Positions 43,958 to 54,087 are shown, numbered from the stretch's first letter. The stretch: 64,000 nt of DNA from an uncultured Gemmatimonadaceae bacterium (GCA_963751275.1 CAVVTZ010000009.1:288001-352000); one strand, 5' to 3'. The notes: a model not told the origin generated them from the sequence alone. Program-made: numbers and translations.

Positions 43958-44800
43958 TCAGCTCCCAAGCTCGTGCAGGTACGCGTACACCGCCGCCACC
44001 TCCGCGTCGGTGAAATGCACGAACTGCGCCTTCGCGACTTCGCTCATCGTCGGGATCTTCGCGTTGCCCGGCGCGACACCGGTGCGCATGAGCGTCGCGA
44101 ATTGCTCGGGCGAGAATGTCTTGACGATGCGAAGGTCGAAGCTCCCGAAGAACGGGTCGCCGCGCAGCTGCGGACCGTGGCATTCCGTGCACGACGTCTG
44201 CACGAGATAGCGGCCCGCGGCGCCGAGGGAGTCGGTCGCCGGCGGCAGCGGCGATTCGGACGCAATGATGTCCGGCTGCGTCCTGAACTTTCCCGTGACG
44301 ACGCCGATGCGGCCGAGCGGGCCCAACGCGAGACCCGGCTCATAGCCATCGACCGCCGGTACAGAGCGCACATAGGCGAGGATCCGCGCAAGATCGGCGT
44401 CGGTCAGGTAATGGAACGTCTTGGCCGGCATCGCGAACACGCCGCGCCCGCCGGGCCGCATGCCGTAGCGGATGATCTGCGCCAGCTGCGCATCGTTGTA
44501 ACGCTTCACCGACTGCGTGAGGTTGGGCGCAATGAGCCGCGCGACGCCCTTCTCGTTGAAGAACAGCGTCCCCTCGAGCTTCTGCCCGTGACACCCCTCG
44601 CAGCCGTGGATCAGCACCAGCCGGTGCCCTTCATCGATCGAAGCCTGGTCCGTGGGCAGCACCAACGCCGCGGCCGGCGGCTCGGGCCACGCCTTGTTCA
44701 CCTTCTTCTCCGAGATCAGGTAGATCGCCGCCCACGCGATGACCGCGAGCATGACCAGCGTGGTGCCCGCGAGGCGCAGCCACTTCCAGACGCGGCTCAC
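43958..44800 (-). CDS. Membrane-anchored di-heme c-type cytochrome
   Basis: CEGCH and CTECH, APNLT, N-terminal TM. Confidence 0.88.
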   Translation of the reverse strand: MSRVWKWLRLAGTTLVMLAVIAWAAIYLISEKKVNKAWPEPPAAALVLPTDQASIDEGHRLVLIHGCEGCHGQKLEGTLFFNEKGVARLIAPNLTQSVKRYNDAQLAQIIRYGMRPGGRGVFAMPAKTFHYLTDADLARILAYVRSVPAVDGYEPGLALGPLGRIGVVTGKFRTQPDIIASESPLPPATDSLGAAGRYLVQTSCTECHGPQLRGDPFFGSFDLRIVKTFSPEQFATLMRTGVAPGNAKIPTMSEVAKAQFVHFTDAEVAAVYAYLHELGS

Positions 44801-46110
44801 TTCTTGTTCTTGGAATCGGAGTCGCTGTCGAGCATGCCGCCCTTCGCGACCATCTGCGCCGCGAGCACGCTCCGGATCACCTGCGTGATGTCGTTCGCGG
44901 TGGTCTCCGGCGCGCCCTTCCCGTCGCCGCTCGAGAAGGTGATGAATTTCGCGTCGCTCAGCGCCGCGGCGATCGCGGGCATGATGGTCGGGATCATCTC
45001 GATCTGGCGGTAGCGGAAATACGCCTCGCCGCCGGCCTGGATCGCCTGGTTCACCCGCTGAATGCTCTCGGCGGTCGCCTCGGCCACCTTCCGGATCTTG
45101 ATCGCCTCGGCGTCGGCGCTCGCTTCGGCGTCGAGGCGCACCTTCGCCGCGTCGGCCTTGGCCTGCGCGATCTGCGTGGCGTCGAGCTCGGCCTCGCGCT
45201 GCAGTCCCGCCGCCTCCTGCCGCTTGGCTTCCGCCTGCGCGATGAGCGCGGCGTTGCTCGCCTTGGTCTGCTCGAGCTCGCGCTGCTTGTCGCTGATCGC
45301 GCGCTCGGCGTCGAGCTGCGCTTCCTTCGCGCGGCGCGCCTGCATCGCCGAGACGATCTCGGCGTTGGCACTCGCCTCGGCGGCCGACTGGCGGCGCCGC
45401 GCCTCGGCGACCTCCGACTGCACGATCTTGATGTTCAGCGAATTGAAGATGAGACCGAGGTCCGTGAGCTCGCGCGAACAGGCTTTGCGGATGATCACCG
45501 CGAGTGGATCGTCGTCGTCCTCGATCGACGCGCCGGCGGCATCGGTGTGCACCACGGGCGGCGGCGGCGCGGCGCGCACCGCCGGCGCGGTGCCGGGCGA
45601 TGGTGGCAGCAGCGCGCGCGACGCGCTCGGCGTGGCCTTCGCCGAGAAGAGCTGGTCGTGCGAGAGCAGGTTGATCGCGCGGCGGCCCGAGCTGGAGAGC
45701 AGGTCGGTGAGCGTGCTCACCTGGTCGGCCTCGCGCTTGGAGAAGAAGCGATTGGCCGCGGTCTTGATCAGCGTGTCGGTGTCGCCCACCGAGACGATGG
45801 CGCTCGCGAGCACGCGCACCTTGATCGGGCGCGGCGTGCCGTTCTCGTCGATGTCGGAGGTCTGGTCGGTGATGTCAAGATCGACGTTGATCACCTTGCT
45901 GGAGATCGTGGTGCCGGTGGTGAAGAGCGGGATCTCCTTCGATTTCCCGGGGCCGCGGTAGATGATCGTGCCGCCGCCGAGCCAGCTGACGAGGCGGATC
46001 TCACCGGCGTCCACATCGCGCAGGAACTTCGAGACGATGAGCGGGACGGCGACGAGCACGAAGACCAGGACGCCGGCGATGATCACGCCGCTCGACATGA
46101 GCGAATCCAT
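44797..46110 (-). CDS. Flotillin/SPFH-domain protein
   Basis: N-terminal TM, SPFH region and EA-rich coiled coil. Confidence 0.8.
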   Translation of the reverse strand: MDSLMSSGVIIAGVLVFVLVAVPLIVSKFLRDVDAGEIRLVSWLGGGTIIYRGPGKSKEIPLFTTGTTISSKVINVDLDITDQTSDIDENGTPRPIKVRVLASAIVSVGDTDTLIKTAANRFFSKREADQVSTLTDLLSSSGRRAINLLSHDQLFSAKATPSASRALLPPSPGTAPAVRAAPPPPVVHTDAAGASIEDDDDPLAVIIRKACSRELTDLGLIFNSLNIKIVQSEVAEARRRQSAAEASANAEIVSAMQARRAKEAQLDAERAISDKQRELEQTKASNAALIAQAEAKRQEAAGLQREAELDATQIAQAKADAAKVRLDAEASADAEAIKIRKVAEATAESIQRVNQAIQAGGEAYFRYRQIEMIPTIMPAIAAALSDAKFITFSSGDGKGAPETTANDITQVIRSVLAAQMVAKGGMLDSDSDSKNKK

Positions 46111-46137
46111 ACTGAATGCTCCGGGGGTGCGGGACGG

Positions 46138-46758
46138 TTAGATGAGCGAGACAGTGACGCGGTTCTTCGCGGGGTCCACCTGTTCGATGCGCACGCGCGT
46201 GCCGGCCGGCACGCGCGTGGCGAGCGCGTGATCCGACTTTTGCAACGTGCCGAGGATCTGCACGAGCTGGCCGTCGACCTCGATGGCGACGAGCCCCTGT
46301 CCGTTCTTGTCGAAGGCGCTGGCGACGGTGGCCTCGCTGCCCACCGCGCTCTCGAGCGTGAGCGCGGGGGCGGATTCGAAGCGCAGCGCCTGCTTCCAGA
46401 TGGGCGCGACGATGAGGCGTTCGAAGAAGAGGCCGCCGGCGAGCGCGACGGCGAGCAGGATCGGCCCGCTGATCCATCGTTGCGCGAAGACGCCGCTGGT
46501 ACCGATGCCGAGACAGAGCGCGAAGAGGATGCGCGGCGAGATGAGCGCCGAGAGCGACTTGGAGGCGGACTCTCTAATGGACGGATGATGCGCGCCGCCG
46601 TGCGCATGGGTGGGGCCACCGCGCACATGGCCGCCGTGGCCCGCATGACCGCCGTGACCCGCGTGCCCGTGCGCACCGCCATGGCGCACGCCGCCCACGA
46701 GGGCCATCGCGGCAAGGCCGAGACCGCCAAGGATCAGGAGGAGCATGTAGGGGGTCAT
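46138..46758 (-). CDS. NfeD/YqiJ-like membrane protein with His/Gly-rich loop
   Basis: TM helices, HGGAHGHAGHGGHAGHGGH and C-terminal OB-fold; adjacent to flotillin. Confidence 0.75.
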   Translation of the reverse strand: MTPYMLLLILGGLGLAAMALVGGVRHGGAHGHAGHGGHAGHGGHVRGGPTHAHGGAHHPSIRESASKSLSALISPRILFALCLGIGTSGVFAQRWISGPILLAVALAGGLFFERLIVAPIWKQALRFESAPALTLESAVGSEATVASAFDKNGQGLVAIEVDGQLVQILGTLQKSDHALATRVPAGTRVRIEQVDPAKNRVTVSLI

Positions 46759-46805
46759 ACGAGGGGATACGCTACGTCGTGGCGAGCCGGGCGCAAGAGT
46801 CGGTA

Positions 46806-46895
46806 CTACAGACTGAGACGCTAGACTTGGACGTTAGAAGACAACGGCCACAGCGAAAGCGGTCTAACGTCTCAGTCTAGAGTCTCAGTCTGCAG
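46806..46895. repeat. Family H copy 3
   Basis: Arms 46806-46838/46863-46895; between divergent genes. Confidence 0.9.
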
Positions 46896-46953
46896 CTGGT
46901 TAGATTTACGGCTCGGCAACACATCACTACGCTCGCACCAGAGACCCCCACAC

Positions 46954-48102
46954 ATGCGAATGCTCGTTCTTGGGGCCGGCCTTCAGGGCTCGGCCTGCGC
47001 CTATGATCTGCTCCAGAATCCCGAAGTCAAAGAGGTCCGCTTGGCGGACCTGCATATCACGCACCTGCCGGAATTCCTGGCGCCGTATTCGGGGAAGCGG
47101 CTGATCCCGACGCCGCTCGACGTGCGCGACCGCGACGCGGTGCTCGCGCTGATGAAGGAAGCGGACGCGGTGATGAGCGCCATCCCGTACTATTTCAATC
47201 TGGATCTCGCGAAGCTGGCGGTGGAAGCGGGCACGAACTTCTGCGATCTGGGCGGCAACACCGAGATCGTATTCCAGCAGAAGATGCTGAGCGACAAGGC
47301 GGCGGCGAAGGGGAAGACGATCATCCCCGACTGCGGCCTCGCGCCGGGAATGGTGAACATCCTGGCGCAGCACGGCATCAGCAAGCTCGACAGCGTGAAG
47401 AGCGTGAAGATCTTCGTGGGCGGGCTGCCGCAGCATCCGGAGCCGCCGCTCAATTATCAGATCGTGTATTCGCTGGAGGGCGTGCTCGATTACTACACGA
47501 CGCTCTCGTGGGTCGTGCGCGACGGCAAGCGTACGCAGGTGAAGGCGCTGAGCGAGCGCGAGCCGGTGGAATTCGCGAGCCCGGTGGGGATGCTCGAAGC
47601 GTTCCACACGGCGGGCGGGCTGTCCACCATGGCATGGCGCTACGAGGGGAAGATCCCGACCATGGAGTACAAGACGCTCCGCTATCCCGGTCATGCGCAC
47701 ATCATGGAAGCGATCCGCGAATTGGGACTGCTCGATCTCACGCCGGTGGATGTGAAGGGCGTGAAGGTGGTCCCGCGCGACGTGACCGTGGCGACGATGG
47801 GGCCGCGTCTCACGAAGCCCACCGGGCGCGATCTGGTGGCGCTGCGCGTGGTGGTGGACGGGATGAAGGGCGGTAAGCCGAAACAGGTGGGCTGGGAGTT
47901 GATCGCGTACTACGACGAAGCGCGCGGCATTTCCGCGATGATGCAGACGACGGGCTATTCGCTGTCGATCACGGGGCAGATGCAGGCGCGAGGCGGGATC
48001 AAGCCGGCGGGGGTGCATACGCCGGATGAGTGCATTCCGGCGGATGAGTACATCGCGGCGCTGGACAAGCGCGGGGTGCACATTCGGGAGATGAAGTTCT
48101 AA
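46954..48102 (+). CDS. Saccharopine dehydrogenase family (lysine 6-dehydrogenase-like)
   Basis: VLGAGLQG, DLGG, DCGLAPG, VGGLP and YKTLRYPGH. Confidence 0.88.
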   Translation: MRMLVLGAGLQGSACAYDLLQNPEVKEVRLADLHITHLPEFLAPYSGKRLIPTPLDVRDRDAVLALMKEADAVMSAIPYYFNLDLAKLAVEAGTNFCDLGGNTEIVFQQKMLSDKAAAKGKTIIPDCGLAPGMVNILAQHGISKLDSVKSVKIFVGGLPQHPEPPLNYQIVYSLEGVLDYYTTLSWVVRDGKRTQVKALSEREPVEFASPVGMLEAFHTAGGLSTMAWRYEGKIPTMEYKTLRYPGHAHIMEAIRELGLLDLTPVDVKGVKVVPRDVTVATMGPRLTKPTGRDLVALRVVVDGMKGGKPKQVGWELIAYYDEARGISAMMQTTGYSLSITGQMQARGGIKPAGVHTPDECIPADEYIAALDKRGVHIREMKF

Positions 48103-48139
48103 CGGCTCGGTGCTCGGCCATCGGCTGTCGGAACGGCAA

Positions 48140-48164
48140 AGGGCTCCCTTGATCCGGGAGCCCT
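48140..48164. terminator. Terminator-like hairpin within weak heptamer inverted arms (48101-48199)
   Basis: agggctccc-ttgatcc-gggagccct; same stem as 43275-43299. Confidence 0.65.
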
Positions 48165-48202
48165 ATTGCGACTGCGGTGTCGATGGTCGATCGCCCGTTG
48201 AT

Positions 48203-49789
48203 CTATTCTCGCACGAACGACGCGAGCGTCGCCCCCATCGCATCGATCGTCGCCTTCGCGGTGTAGCGGTCCCACCCGTTGTAGATGAACGCGAACGCCA
48301 GCAGCTCGCCGTCCTGCGCGGTGACGTAGCCGCCGAGGGAGATCACGGTGTTCGTGGTGCCCGTCTTGGCGTGCAGGTTGCCCTGCGCGGGCGTGGACCG
48401 CATGCGGCGCGCGAGGAGCTCGGTCTCGCCGGCCACGGGCAGGGACGCATGGAACGCGTCGCTCCACTGGGTGCGGTGCGAGAAGGCGAGCAGCTGCACG
48501 AGGGAGCGCGGCGTCACGCGATCGATCGTGGAGAGGCCGCTGCCGTCGGCGGCGACCACGGCGTTGCTGTCGACGCCCACCTTGCCCACGAGGAAGCGCT
48601 GCAGGAGCGCGTTGCCCGACTCCGCGGACCCGATCGAATCCGGCGCCGCATTGCGCGCGGCGTCGCGGAAGATCAGTTCGGCGAAGTGGTTGATGCTCTC
48701 GCGATTCATCACGGAGAGCATCGTGCCGAGCGGCGGTGACGGGAGGTCGCCGACCTTCACGCCGTGCACGGGCGCGGTGGCGAACTGCGTCGGGCCGTCG
48801 AGCTTGATGCCGCGGTCGGTGAGCGCGCGGCGGAAGGCGCCGGCGGTGAACGCCGTCGGATCGCCCGCGACGAGCTCATAACGGCGCTCGCCCGCGCGCG
48901 TGCCGATCCAGCCGCGCACCTCGATCGCGCCCCCCTTGGTGGTCCACGCGGCGACGCGCGCGCCGCGACTGTCGATGGTCTTCACGGAAACGGTGAGCGG
49001 ATAATCGCTCGCCGGCTCGAGGAAGACCTCGGCCTTTCCATTCACCTTCCCGGGGCGCACGACCACCTGCAGCACGTTCTCGTTCAGCGACAGCGCGGAC
49101 ACCGGCGCGGCGTACGCGGCGCTCAGGTAGCGGCGCCTCCAGCCCTCGGGGATCCGCTGCGGATCGAACGCGCTCGCGTCGGCCACGAGATGGCCGGAGA
49201 CCTTCTTGATCCCCGCGTCGGCGACGAGTTGCGCGAGATGCTCCATGGGCGCGTTCGGGCCGCCGTCGATGAACCGCGGCGAGAGTGCGGGATCGCCGTC
49301 GCCGCGGAGCACGAGATCGCCGTGCAGCGTGCCGTCGGGGCCGACGTCGCCGGTGCGCAGGACCTCGGTGTGGAACTGGTGGCCCGGACCGAACTGATCG
49401 AGCGCCAAGGCGCTGGTGAAGAGCTTCATGTTCGACGCCGGCTGCAGCGAGCTGTCGGCGTTGAGCGAGTAGAGGGTGTCGCCGCGCGAGAGCGAGATGA
49501 CCATCACGCCCCAATGTCCGCCGCGCTGCGCGTGGCCGAGCAGTGTGCCGATGTCGTTATTCAGCGCGACGGCGCTGGTGGGCGTGAGATACGCGATCGG
49601 CGCGGGAGCGGGCGCCGCGCGGTGTTTCTTCTTGTGGCGTGCGGTGGGTGCGCCGCCGGCGGCTTTGACGTTCTTGGTGGACTTCGCGGCCGCAGAGTCA
49701 GTGGACGCGCTCAGGTTCGCCGGCGCGAGAAGGAGCGTCGCGACGGCGAGAGTGAGGAGGGTGTTCAGATGACGGCGGACGAGGCGCAT
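48203..49789 (-). CDS. dacB: D-Ala-D-Ala carboxypeptidase/endopeptidase (PBP4, peptidase S13)
   Basis: PASNMK (SxxK), GDGDP, SIN (SxN), DGSGLS and AKTGT. Confidence 0.92.
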   Translation of the reverse strand: MRLVRRHLNTLLTLAVATLLLAPANLSASTDSAAAKSTKNVKAAGGAPTARHKKKHRAAPAPAPIAYLTPTSAVALNNDIGTLLGHAQRGGHWGVMVISLSRGDTLYSLNADSSLQPASNMKLFTSALALDQFGPGHQFHTEVLRTGDVGPDGTLHGDLVLRGDGDPALSPRFIDGGPNAPMEHLAQLVADAGIKKVSGHLVADASAFDPQRIPEGWRRRYLSAAYAAPVSALSLNENVLQVVVRPGKVNGKAEVFLEPASDYPLTVSVKTIDSRGARVAAWTTKGGAIEVRGWIGTRAGERRYELVAGDPTAFTAGAFRRALTDRGIKLDGPTQFATAPVHGVKVGDLPSPPLGTMLSVMNRESINHFAELIFRDAARNAAPDSIGSAESGNALLQRFLVGKVGVDSNAVVAADGSGLSTIDRVTPRSLVQLLAFSHRTQWSDAFHASLPVAGETELLARRMRSTPAQGNLHAKTGTTNTVISLGGYVTAQDGELLAFAFIYNGWDRYTAKATIDAMGATLASFVRE

Positions 49790-49909
49790 TTCTGTGGATT
49801 ACGGAGGTTATGCTGGTACAATGACTTACGAGTGGGGGCTCGAAAAGTCACGCGTTAATATAAGCGATGTCGCGGCCGAGCGAGTTCGGGAGGCTGTCGG
49901 GGTCTAGCT

Positions 49910-50060
49910 GATGACGGCTGAACAACAAACTGCTTGACAGGATGACAGGATTACAGGACAACTGCTGATGACCACTTGAGGCGGCTGCCTCAAGTGGTCA
50001 TCAGCAGTTGTCCTGTAATCCTGTCATCCTGTCAAAGCAGTTCGCTGTTCAGCGGTCATC
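49910..50060. repeat. Family C copy 3: perfect 49-bp inner stem
   Basis: 49934-49982 / 49987-50035 exact inverted repeat; ACAGGAT sub-repeats; ends inside the neighbouring stop codon. Confidence 0.96.
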
Positions 50061-51255
50061 ACAGCTTGATAACGATATGCTTGCGATAGAGCCAGGTCAG
50101 CAAGCCCATGAACAGCATCACCCAGCAGATCGCGAAGGCGAGGCTCGCGTCCCTCGGCTCGAGCCAGGGCGCGAAGACGGAATCAAATATCCACCCTTCC
50201 AGCGGGATCAATCCGTCCTTCGATGGAACCCGGATCAGCGTATAGAGCAAGCGGCCGAGGAAGCCGCTGGCGACGAAGGCGAACAAGGGATTCGTGCCGT
50301 AGATGATCCACGGTTTCGTCCACCACGTGATCTTCTGCACGTCGATGAGCCACATGCAGGCGGCGATCGAGAGCGCGGCCATGCCGGCGGTGAAGAGCAC
50401 GTAGGAGCTCGTCCAGATGTTCTTCGCGATGGGGAAGGACCAGTGCCACATGAGGCCGGTCATCATCGCGATCGCGCCGGCGGTGAACATCGCGTTGAGC
50501 TTCTCGGGGAGCGGGCGGTCGGTGGCGATCCAGCGGCCGGTGAGATCGCCGAGGATGACGGTGCCGATCGCGGGGACGGTCGAGAGCAAACCTTCCGGGT
50601 CCCACGTGTGCGAGCCGACCCACATGTGGTTGGTGGTGAGGATCGTGCGATCGAGCCACGCGGCGAGGGAGCCGTCGGGGACGCCGAGCATCAGGGCGCC
50701 GATCCCGTGTCCCGGAACGGGGATCAGCGTCATCGCGAACCAATAGCCGAAGAGGAGCACGGCGAGGATCGTGACCTGCTGCTTCACGCTCGTGCGCAGG
50801 GTGAGCAGCGCGCCGAAGGTGTAGCAGAGGGCGATGCGCTGCAGGACGCCGGTGAGGCGCCAGTGCGCGAGATCGAGATGCGGCGTGCGCGAATCGAAGA
50901 CGAGGCCACCCGGCAGGGTGATGTAGAACTGGTGGTACGGAAAGCCGGTCATGAGGAGACCGACGAGCAGGATCAGCCCGCCGCGCCGCAGGATCTGTCG
51001 CACCAACTCCCGATCGCCGTCGCCGCGCGCGCGCCGCGCCGAGAGCGAGAGGTGGGTCGTGATGCCGACGATGAAGAGGAAGAAGGGGAAGATGAGATCG
51101 GTGGGCGTCCAGCCGAACCATTCCGCGTGCTCGAGCGGGGGATAGATCGCGGCCCAGCTGCCCGGATCGTTCACGAGGAGCATGCCGGCGACGGTCAATC
51201 CCCGGAAGACGTCGAGTGCCGCGAGGCGAGGGCGTTGGGCTGAGATCACGCTCAT
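50059..51255 (-). CDS. HGSNAT-like membrane acyltransferase (DUF5009/NagX)
   Basis: LDVFRG, HAEWFG, DLIFPFFLF, GVLQRI, DPEG and KNIWTSS. Confidence 0.88.
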   Translation of the reverse strand: MSVISAQRPRLAALDVFRGLTVAGMLLVNDPGSWAAIYPPLEHAEWFGWTPTDLIFPFFLFIVGITTHLSLSARRARGDGDRELVRQILRRGGLILLVGLLMTGFPYHQFYITLPGGLVFDSRTPHLDLAHWRLTGVLQRIALCYTFGALLTLRTSVKQQVTILAVLLFGYWFAMTLIPVPGHGIGALMLGVPDGSLAAWLDRTILTTNHMWVGSHTWDPEGLLSTVPAIGTVILGDLTGRWIATDRPLPEKLNAMFTAGAIAMMTGLMWHWSFPIAKNIWTSSYVLFTAGMAALSIAACMWLIDVQKITWWTKPWIIYGTNPLFAFVASGFLGRLLYTLIRVPSKDGLIPLEGWIFDSVFAPWLEPRDASLAFAICWVMLFMGLLTWLYRKHIVIKL

Positions 51256-51279
51256 AGTCTAACATCCTCATTTCAACGG

Positions 51280-51536
51280 CACACCATCACCAGGGCTCTT
51301 AACGTTGCAGTAAACAGCCAACAGTCACGAGTGACGGCCAGTCGACAGGCAACAGTCAACAGGTCACAGAGAACGGTCCCACTCACATCTCCGGCTGGAG
51401 GACCTGAATTGGCATCGGGAGACCAGCCCTCGCTCCGGTCTGATTTCTGTGAGCTGTTGACTGTTGCCTGTCGACTGGCCGTCACTCGTGACTGTTGGCT
51501 GTTTGCTGCAACGCGAGAGGCGCTGGTGATGGCGTG
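51280..51536. repeat. Family G: AACAGTC-heptamer hairpin with 68-bp core arms and 75-nt loop
   Basis: 51303-51370 vs 51446-51513: 66/68 complementary, plus an outer extension. Confidence 0.95.
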
Positions 51537-51609
51537 TAGTTGGCCGCCCCTAGGCAGCGCCGCGAGTCGGTGACATGATATAGCCCGTCCACCCAGCGGA
51601 GCCCGTCCC

Positions 51610-52102
51610 ATGCCCGGCAGCAATAGTATCCTGAAAGAAGGCGTCATTGCCGGCCTCATCGGCGGGATGACGGTCGCCATCTGGTTCCTCATCGTCGATA
51701 CGATCGCGACCCATCCCTTCTACACGCCGAACATGCTCGGCGCGGGCGTCGCGAGCATTCTGGGCGGCGCGGCGCTGCCGGGCATGTTCTGGAACGTCGC
51801 GGTCTATACCGTGTTCCACTTCGTGGCGTTCTGCGCGGCGGGGACGCTGCTCGCGTGGATCTTCCATCGCGCGGAGACGGAGCCGAGCGTGCTCGTGATC
51901 TTCGTGCTGCTGTTCATCATCTTCGAGCTGGGGTCGCTGGGGCTCGTGACCATGCTGGCCGAGGCGGGGATGAGGGCGCTGGCGTGGTATCAGATCGCGG
52001 CGGGGAACGTCCTCGCCTCGGTCTCGATGGGCTGGTATCTGTGGAAGGCGTATTCCGGCGCTGCGGTCGGAATTGGAGAATGCGATCGAGGGGGAAGGAT
52101 GA
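51610..52102 (+). CDS. Hypothetical 4-TM membrane protein (frameshift near 52054)
   Basis: Removing one T in tattccg gives YPALRSELENAIEGEG* with TGA at 52100-52102 overlapping the next ATG. Confidence 0.65.
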
Positions 52103-52773
52103 AACGACTCGGCTATCAGCACTCGGCCACCGGGCATTGCAGTCGGTGGCGAGCGGGGGCGCTCGGCATGAGCGCACTCCTGGCGATCGGGACGATCGGC
52201 GCGCAGGCCGCGGCGGACAAGGCGGCGCCGATGCCGGACCTGCGCGCGGGATTCTACGCGAGCGGCGGCGTGGCATACGGCTCGGGGCCGGTGGATGTCA
52301 CCGTGAATTCCATGCCCGCCTCGGAAACACCGACCGGGATCAGCTTCTATCTCGCGGCGGGCACCGCGCTGAGTCCGCATTGGCGCGTGGGCGGGGAGTG
52401 GGATGTACTGCTCGTCTCGGGGCTGTTCAGTGACGAGCTGGCGGGCCCACAGAGCGGGACCCTCGGCTTCCTCTCGGCGGCGGTCGCGTACTACCCGAGT
52501 CTGACGAAGGCATTCTGGGTGAAGGGGAATCTCGGCTGGGCCAGGCTGGGCGTGAGCTCGTCAGCCAGCGGCGCGTCGAGCGAGTCCGGCGTCGGCGGCG
52601 GGATCGGCGCGGGGTACGACTACCGCCTCGGCCACTCGGAGTACGTGCTGATCCCGTTCGTGAATTACTTCACGCAATTCTCGCACGCGGACCTCAACGG
52701 CTACCTGCAGGGCCAGGGAACCGGCAAGATCTCACTCTTCCAGGTCGGCGTCGGCCTCGGATACCACCACTGA
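52099..52773 (+). CDS. Outer-membrane beta-barrel protein (8-strand type)
   Basis: Own signal peptide, amphipathic strands, C-terminal VGVGLGYHH; start may be further downstream. Confidence 0.65.
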   Translation: MKRLGYQHSATGHCSRWRAGALGMSALLAIGTIGAQAAADKAAPMPDLRAGFYASGGVAYGSGPVDVTVNSMPASETPTGISFYLAAGTALSPHWRVGGEWDVLLVSGLFSDELAGPQSGTLGFLSAAVAYYPSLTKAFWVKGNLGWARLGVSSSASGASSESGVGGGIGAGYDYRLGHSEYVLIPFVNYFTQFSHADLNGYLQGQGTGKISLFQVGVGLGYHH

Positions 52774-52795
52774 GCGGCGCGCCCCGCGCGCGCCG

Positions 52796-53236
52796 CTATT
52801 GCGGCCCGATGCGCAGCCCCTGCGTGGCGATGTAGACCTCGCGCAGGAAGCACAGCAGCGACAGGAAGAGCGCGGCCATGCTGAGGATGAACAGCACGGT
52901 CACGATCCGCGCGAAGCCGAGCGACACCGATGAGCCGATGAAGAGCGCCGCGATCAGCGCGCAGATGCACAGCGCACAGAGCGTGTCGAGGCTGATCGCC
53001 CAGTTGATGAGCCGCGCGCGCTGGGAGAGGTGGCGCAGCTCCTGGTGGAGCTCCGGCGCTTTGCCGCCGGGCGCCGCGCGCTCCTCCGCCTCCAGCTTCC
53101 GTGCGCGGTCGATGATCCGCGCCAGCCGGTTGGTGAGCACGTTCAGCAGCGCCGCCACGCCGGAGAGGAGGAACACCGGCGCGACCGCCAGCTGAATGAC
53201 GTGGGCGATCTCGCTGATCGGCGCTGCTGTCTGCAT
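52796..53236 (-). CDS. DUF2721-family membrane protein
   Basis: IQLAVAPVFLLSG..NRLARIIDR..FLREV; GGAGG RBS before ATG 53236. Confidence 0.85.
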   Translation of the reverse strand: MQTAAPISEIAHVIQLAVAPVFLLSGVAALLNVLTNRLARIIDRARKLEAEERAAPGGKAPELHQELRHLSQRARLINWAISLDTLCALCICALIAALFIGSSVSLGFARIVTVLFILSMAALFLSLLCFLREVYIATQGLRIGPQ

Positions 53237-53259
53237 GAGCGATCCTCCGCGTGGGTATC

Positions 53260-53283
53260 GAATCCCGACTCCCGATTCCCGAG
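53260..53283. repeat. Short heptamer tandem (GAnTCCC x3)
   Basis: gaatccc gactccc gattccc, immediately after the ctaG stop. Confidence 0.7.
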
Positions 53284-53286
53284 CCG

Positions 53287-54087
53287 TCAGTCGTGCTCTT
53301 CGCTCGCCGCCCACTGGAAGAATCGCACGCTGGCGAACGCGAAGAAGATCATCCCGCCGGGGATCCACATCAACAGCCCGCCGTACCGCTGGTCCTCGAT
53401 CGGCGTGATCCCCCAGATCCTCGGCGCCGCCGCATACGCGGGATAGAGCGAACTGTCCGAGTACGTGAGCACGATCGCGAGCACCGACATGGGGAGCGCC
53501 ATCGCGATCGCGTAGAGCATCTGCTGGGGGTACGGCAGCCGCGGCAGCTCGGGCATCGTGCTCATGAGCGGCCACCACATGATCGTCGCCGACACGAGGA
53601 AGCACAGGTGCTGGACGATGTGCACGTCGTGGTTCGCCATCGCGAGATTGTACAGCGGCGGCAGGTGCCACACGATGAGCGTGATGTTGAAGATCGCGAA
53701 CGCGGCGATGGGGGTGGTGATGCGCTTCGCCAGCGCGAACACCCAGGGCACCTGCACCGCGGGGCGCAGCATCCAATCGGGCGTGCCCGCGAGGAGCAGC
53801 GGCGGCACGAGCATGGTGAGCACGAGGTGCTGCGCCATGTGCACCGTGAAGAGGTACCCATCGCTCAAGTCGTGGAACGGACCGTTGAGCGTGAAGAAGA
53901 GCACGGCGAGGCCGCACACGAACGCCGCGCGCTGGCCGGTGGTGGGACCGCCCGCCGGTCCCTTCCGCGCGCGCCACATATAGAGCGCCGCGAGCGCGGC
54001 GATCCCGATGACCGTGGACGGATGGATGCTGAAGCCGAGCCCGAGCGATGTGAGCGGATGGAGCGCCAGCAGTGCCCTGAACATCAC
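53287..54087 (-). CDS. ctaG: caa3-type cytochrome c oxidase assembly factor
   Basis: HMAQHL, WHLP, HIVQH and DQRYGGLLMW. Confidence 0.88.
   Translation of the reverse strand: MMFRALLALHPLTSLGLGFSIHPSTVIGIAALAALYMWRARKGPAGGPTTGQRAAFVCGLAVLFFTLNGPFHDLSDGYLFTVHMAQHLVLTMLVPPLLLAGTPDWMLRPAVQVPWVFALAKRITTPIAAFAIFNITLIVWHLPPLYNLAMANHDVHIVQHLCFLVSATIMWWPLMSTMPELPRLPYPQQMLYAIAMALPMSVLAIVLTYSDSSLYPAYAAAPRIWGITPIEDQRYGGLLMWIPGGMIFFAFASVRFFQWAASEEHD

Noticed and set aside
51610..52773. 387-aa inner-membrane/beta-barrel fusion protein
   Set aside because: A single extra T near 52054 explains it; correction gives two ATGA-coupled genes.
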